A stretch of DNA of 64,000 bases from Antedon mediterranea (lineage: Eukaryota; Animalia; Echinodermata), in NCBI RefSeq assembly GCF_964355755.1, contig NC_092675.1:10163812-10227811 (forward strand), read 5' to 3'. Position numbers and translations under genes: made by a program. Under the pieces are notes generated by a model. It had not been told where the DNA came from, made no database searches, and was given only the letters and a program-made list of their open reading frames with translations. Shown here piece by piece: positions 61,201 to 64,000 of the stretch. The first letter of the stretch is position 1; the number at the start of each line of letters is the position of its first letter.

Positions 61201-63311
61201 CCGCGGGATACAATTTTAAAGCATGGGATGTCAAGAGAGGATTGCCAGATTCAAACTTAGTGTGGAAGGCCTATGACTTTAATAGGTATGCACAAAACTA
61301 AGAAATAATTCATTCAATATGACCGAAAACTGTAACGGACACACAATACTGTAACATAATTGCTCTCGTCTGTATGTTATAATTGTGCTATAGCTAAATG
61401 ACTCATCCACTTCATTATGATAAAGTGGCTGAACTCAAACGAGAATTTCATATTCCTATATAAACAGTTGTATTGAGAGTAAGCTAATTACGTGTATGAA
61501 ACGAAGACAATGGTTCGCCATACTATTTAAATTCGTCCTGGTTAAAACCAACTGGAAATCAAAAATTTAGCCACATACGGTGTTAGACAAATCAAACCCT
61601 TATATATAAAATGTATTAGCCTAATTATATTCTAATGCATCGGATGAATGGATGGACTGTCTTAGAACATGAACATTATTGTCGTATTTTAGATAACTCA
61701 CTCAGAGGATTCATACTTTTCCCTCCCAGTGATATCTGAAATAAACGATTTAACAAAAGGAAGAAGACATCATCTTGAAACTAAGAATCTTCTGTTTTAT
61801 TTTCTATACCATTAGACCACTTGGGCTTCATGTTTAGGCCTAAGTCCGATTTGAGAACGGAACGACCCTTTAACAACCTCAGCGTACACTATAATACAAT
61901 CTCCCCGATTAGACTGATCTGAATTTATCACCCGGCTTTAAAGCGGTAGAAGTCAAATCACGAATTAACAAAGCAGGGAGAGTTAGACTGTCAGCTTTCT
62001 GGAGTGATTATAACCTCTGACATTTACAAAATGACTTTAATGAAAACAATATTCCGTGAGTTTATCACATGGCTGTTGGCTGCTATTTTATAATGAGAGC
62101 ACCGTCATGACGGTCTTCAGTAAAATGCTGGATGCAAAGGGATTTGGGGTCATGCGTTGTGATTTTTTATAGGCCTATAGAATTTGAGCAAGCAACATGG
62201 ACCATTTCTTTAAAATTGCCTTTGAATAGTAACAATCGGTGGTGTCAAACGAGGTATTGAGACGCATGCGCAATTTTAACGACTCTGCAGAAAGGTATGC
62301 ATAATTATTGCATAATTATTATCGATAATGATTTAATCTATAGATTTTTAAATGATTATGTTACAGTGTTATATAGAAATCTGATGTAATAATTATCATT
62401 TTTATCATAATAATAGGCCTAATAAAATTATATCAATTGCATTGATTGCTATTTTATTTTGCTTCATCGCAAATGATGGACACTCTACAAGCACGTCTGA
62501 CTCAATGGTTATACAATAATTACAGATATAGGCCTACAGATTTTACCAATCTTAAAATGTGTACTTATTTATTTGATAACAAGGGTAATTGCAATGTATT
62601 GTATGATGTTTATGGACTTCAACTGAACATAATGTCGTTTAGCCTATTTATATGTTAGTTGCTGTATATTTGGTTTTATAGGCGCCATTTTGTTACCATA
62701 TGTTTATCATGGGTTATTATTTGATTATGCAAAACCTTCTAATACCTCTCTTGCTTGGCTACAAACGTTTCGCAGAGCAGGTCAAAGTAAACATACATTA
62801 GTATGCGTATGCATAAATCCTATAATTTTTAAATATACGGTACAATACTATTGAGAATATAAATTCGTTTTATAACCTAAGGCGTGTATTTTTAAATTGC
62901 TGATATTGAATTTTATCATTTCATTCATGCACTAGCCTACTTGATTAGTGTGATCGTTTTCCCCGGTGAGTTTAAGCTGAACACAATGTGATCAGTCTAA
63001 ACCATGCAATTTATTTATTAATTTAGGTTATAAGCACATACATGTTAAGAGGATTACATTTGATTAAATTTCGTTCTCCTCCACAATCCAAAGGCGTTTT
63101 GTCATCAAACATGGTAAGAGATATTTATTGTTTCGTTCTGTATACAGGATTATATAAATTGGTCATGTCATACTCATGTCATACTCTAAGTCATGTAAAC
63201 ACCAAGTATGAGGGTATATGTGTTAAGTTATACATAATTCGTCTTAAGGGTCATGGTTATGTTTCCTCTCATCACATAACTGTATCAATTTTCATTTTAA
63301 CAATCGTACAA

Positions 63312-64000
63312 TCTATATATAAATTATGGTTAATTCTGACATAGGCGAGCACAATGCAAAAACTTCGGTAGAAATCTCTGCCTTGGAACCTACCTGATCT
63401 ATCTCAGATGTACCGCGAAACGTAGATTTGATAACAATTAGTTATCACATCGACGCTATTGTTCGATATTTCTATCTTAGGAAGATATTATAAAGAGTTT
63501 TTTAACAAAATTTATGATTTCAATAGTAGATTTTCAATTCAATTTCAATTCTTCGCGGGTCAAAGTAATTTCCGGGTTCACATTGCAACAACCTGGTTTC
63601 AACTATTTTCTCTCTTTTATACACAAGGGAGCAGTTGAAATAATAGATTTGACCCTAAAGGTGATTGGAAACAGGCACTTTCCATCAATCAATACAAATT
63701 TAAAAATAAAAATTATACTGCAAATTAATAAAGATCAAATTAAATATAGGCCATAAAGAATCGGAATATATTGTGGAAAATAGTATTATAAAATTACATA
63801 TCCCGATCCCGATAGTTGATTGAGTAAGCTGGCAGGAATAACTGTAGGCTACTGTGTCCCGTCAGGACCGAGATGTCTGCCCATGTGGCTTCTTTCTTGG
63901 GCCCACTCTATCACGGCAGTTAGTTTTAAAAGATGTTTAAATTAAATAATGTATTAATAATTATTAGGATGGTATTTATTTGAATAAACGCCTCTCCAAT
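63312..64000 (+). mobile_element. 5' part of a non-autonomous Helitron, same family as 14474; continues beyond the window
   Basis: A|TCTATATATAAATTATGGTTAATTCTGACATAGGCGAGCAC, near-identical to 14474-14600. Confidence 0.7.

Noticed and set aside
59300-63300. Possible additional gene (donor-like sites at about 59474 and 59879)
   Set aside because: No consistent exon chain or recognisable protein.

Overview
AT-rich, intron-containing animal genomic DNA, probably a marine invertebrate deuterostome such as an echinoderm (inferred from Deu-type SINEs, Academ/Kolobok/Helitron/Penelope content and TAGGCCTA-rich tracts). Host genes: (1) the last 12 coding exons of a canonical IkB kinase (IKK-alpha/beta; ULD, SDD and a C-terminal NEMO-binding motif MDWSFI), 385-7073 +; (2) a secreted globular C1q-domain protein, 10946-11488 -, whose probable TATA/Inr promoter and non-coding exon 1 lie about 9.6 kb upstream; (3) a two-exon divergent TK/TKL-like kinase with a poly-Ser tract, 39085-41949 -; (4) a head-to-head multi-exon coiled-coil pseudogene, about 42451-46992 +; (5) a single-coding-exon three-Ig type I membrane protein, 56966/57044-58261 +. 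Most of the rest is deeply nested transposons, many with readable TIRs and TSDs: Academ (TAG..CTA, 3-bp TSD), Kolobok (TTAA), P-like (7 bp), MULE-like (9 bp), IS3EU-like (6 bp), Helitrons, a HINE, LINEs, Penelope fragments with hammerhead-like motifs, and Deu-SINEs. The most unusual structure is a 4-kb TSD-flanked palindromic Academ derivative (28540-32605) made of two inverted copies of the transposase 3' end, a 'Mu killer'-like architecture. All calls were made by eye without database searches, so TE superfamily names rest on terminal and TSD signatures.
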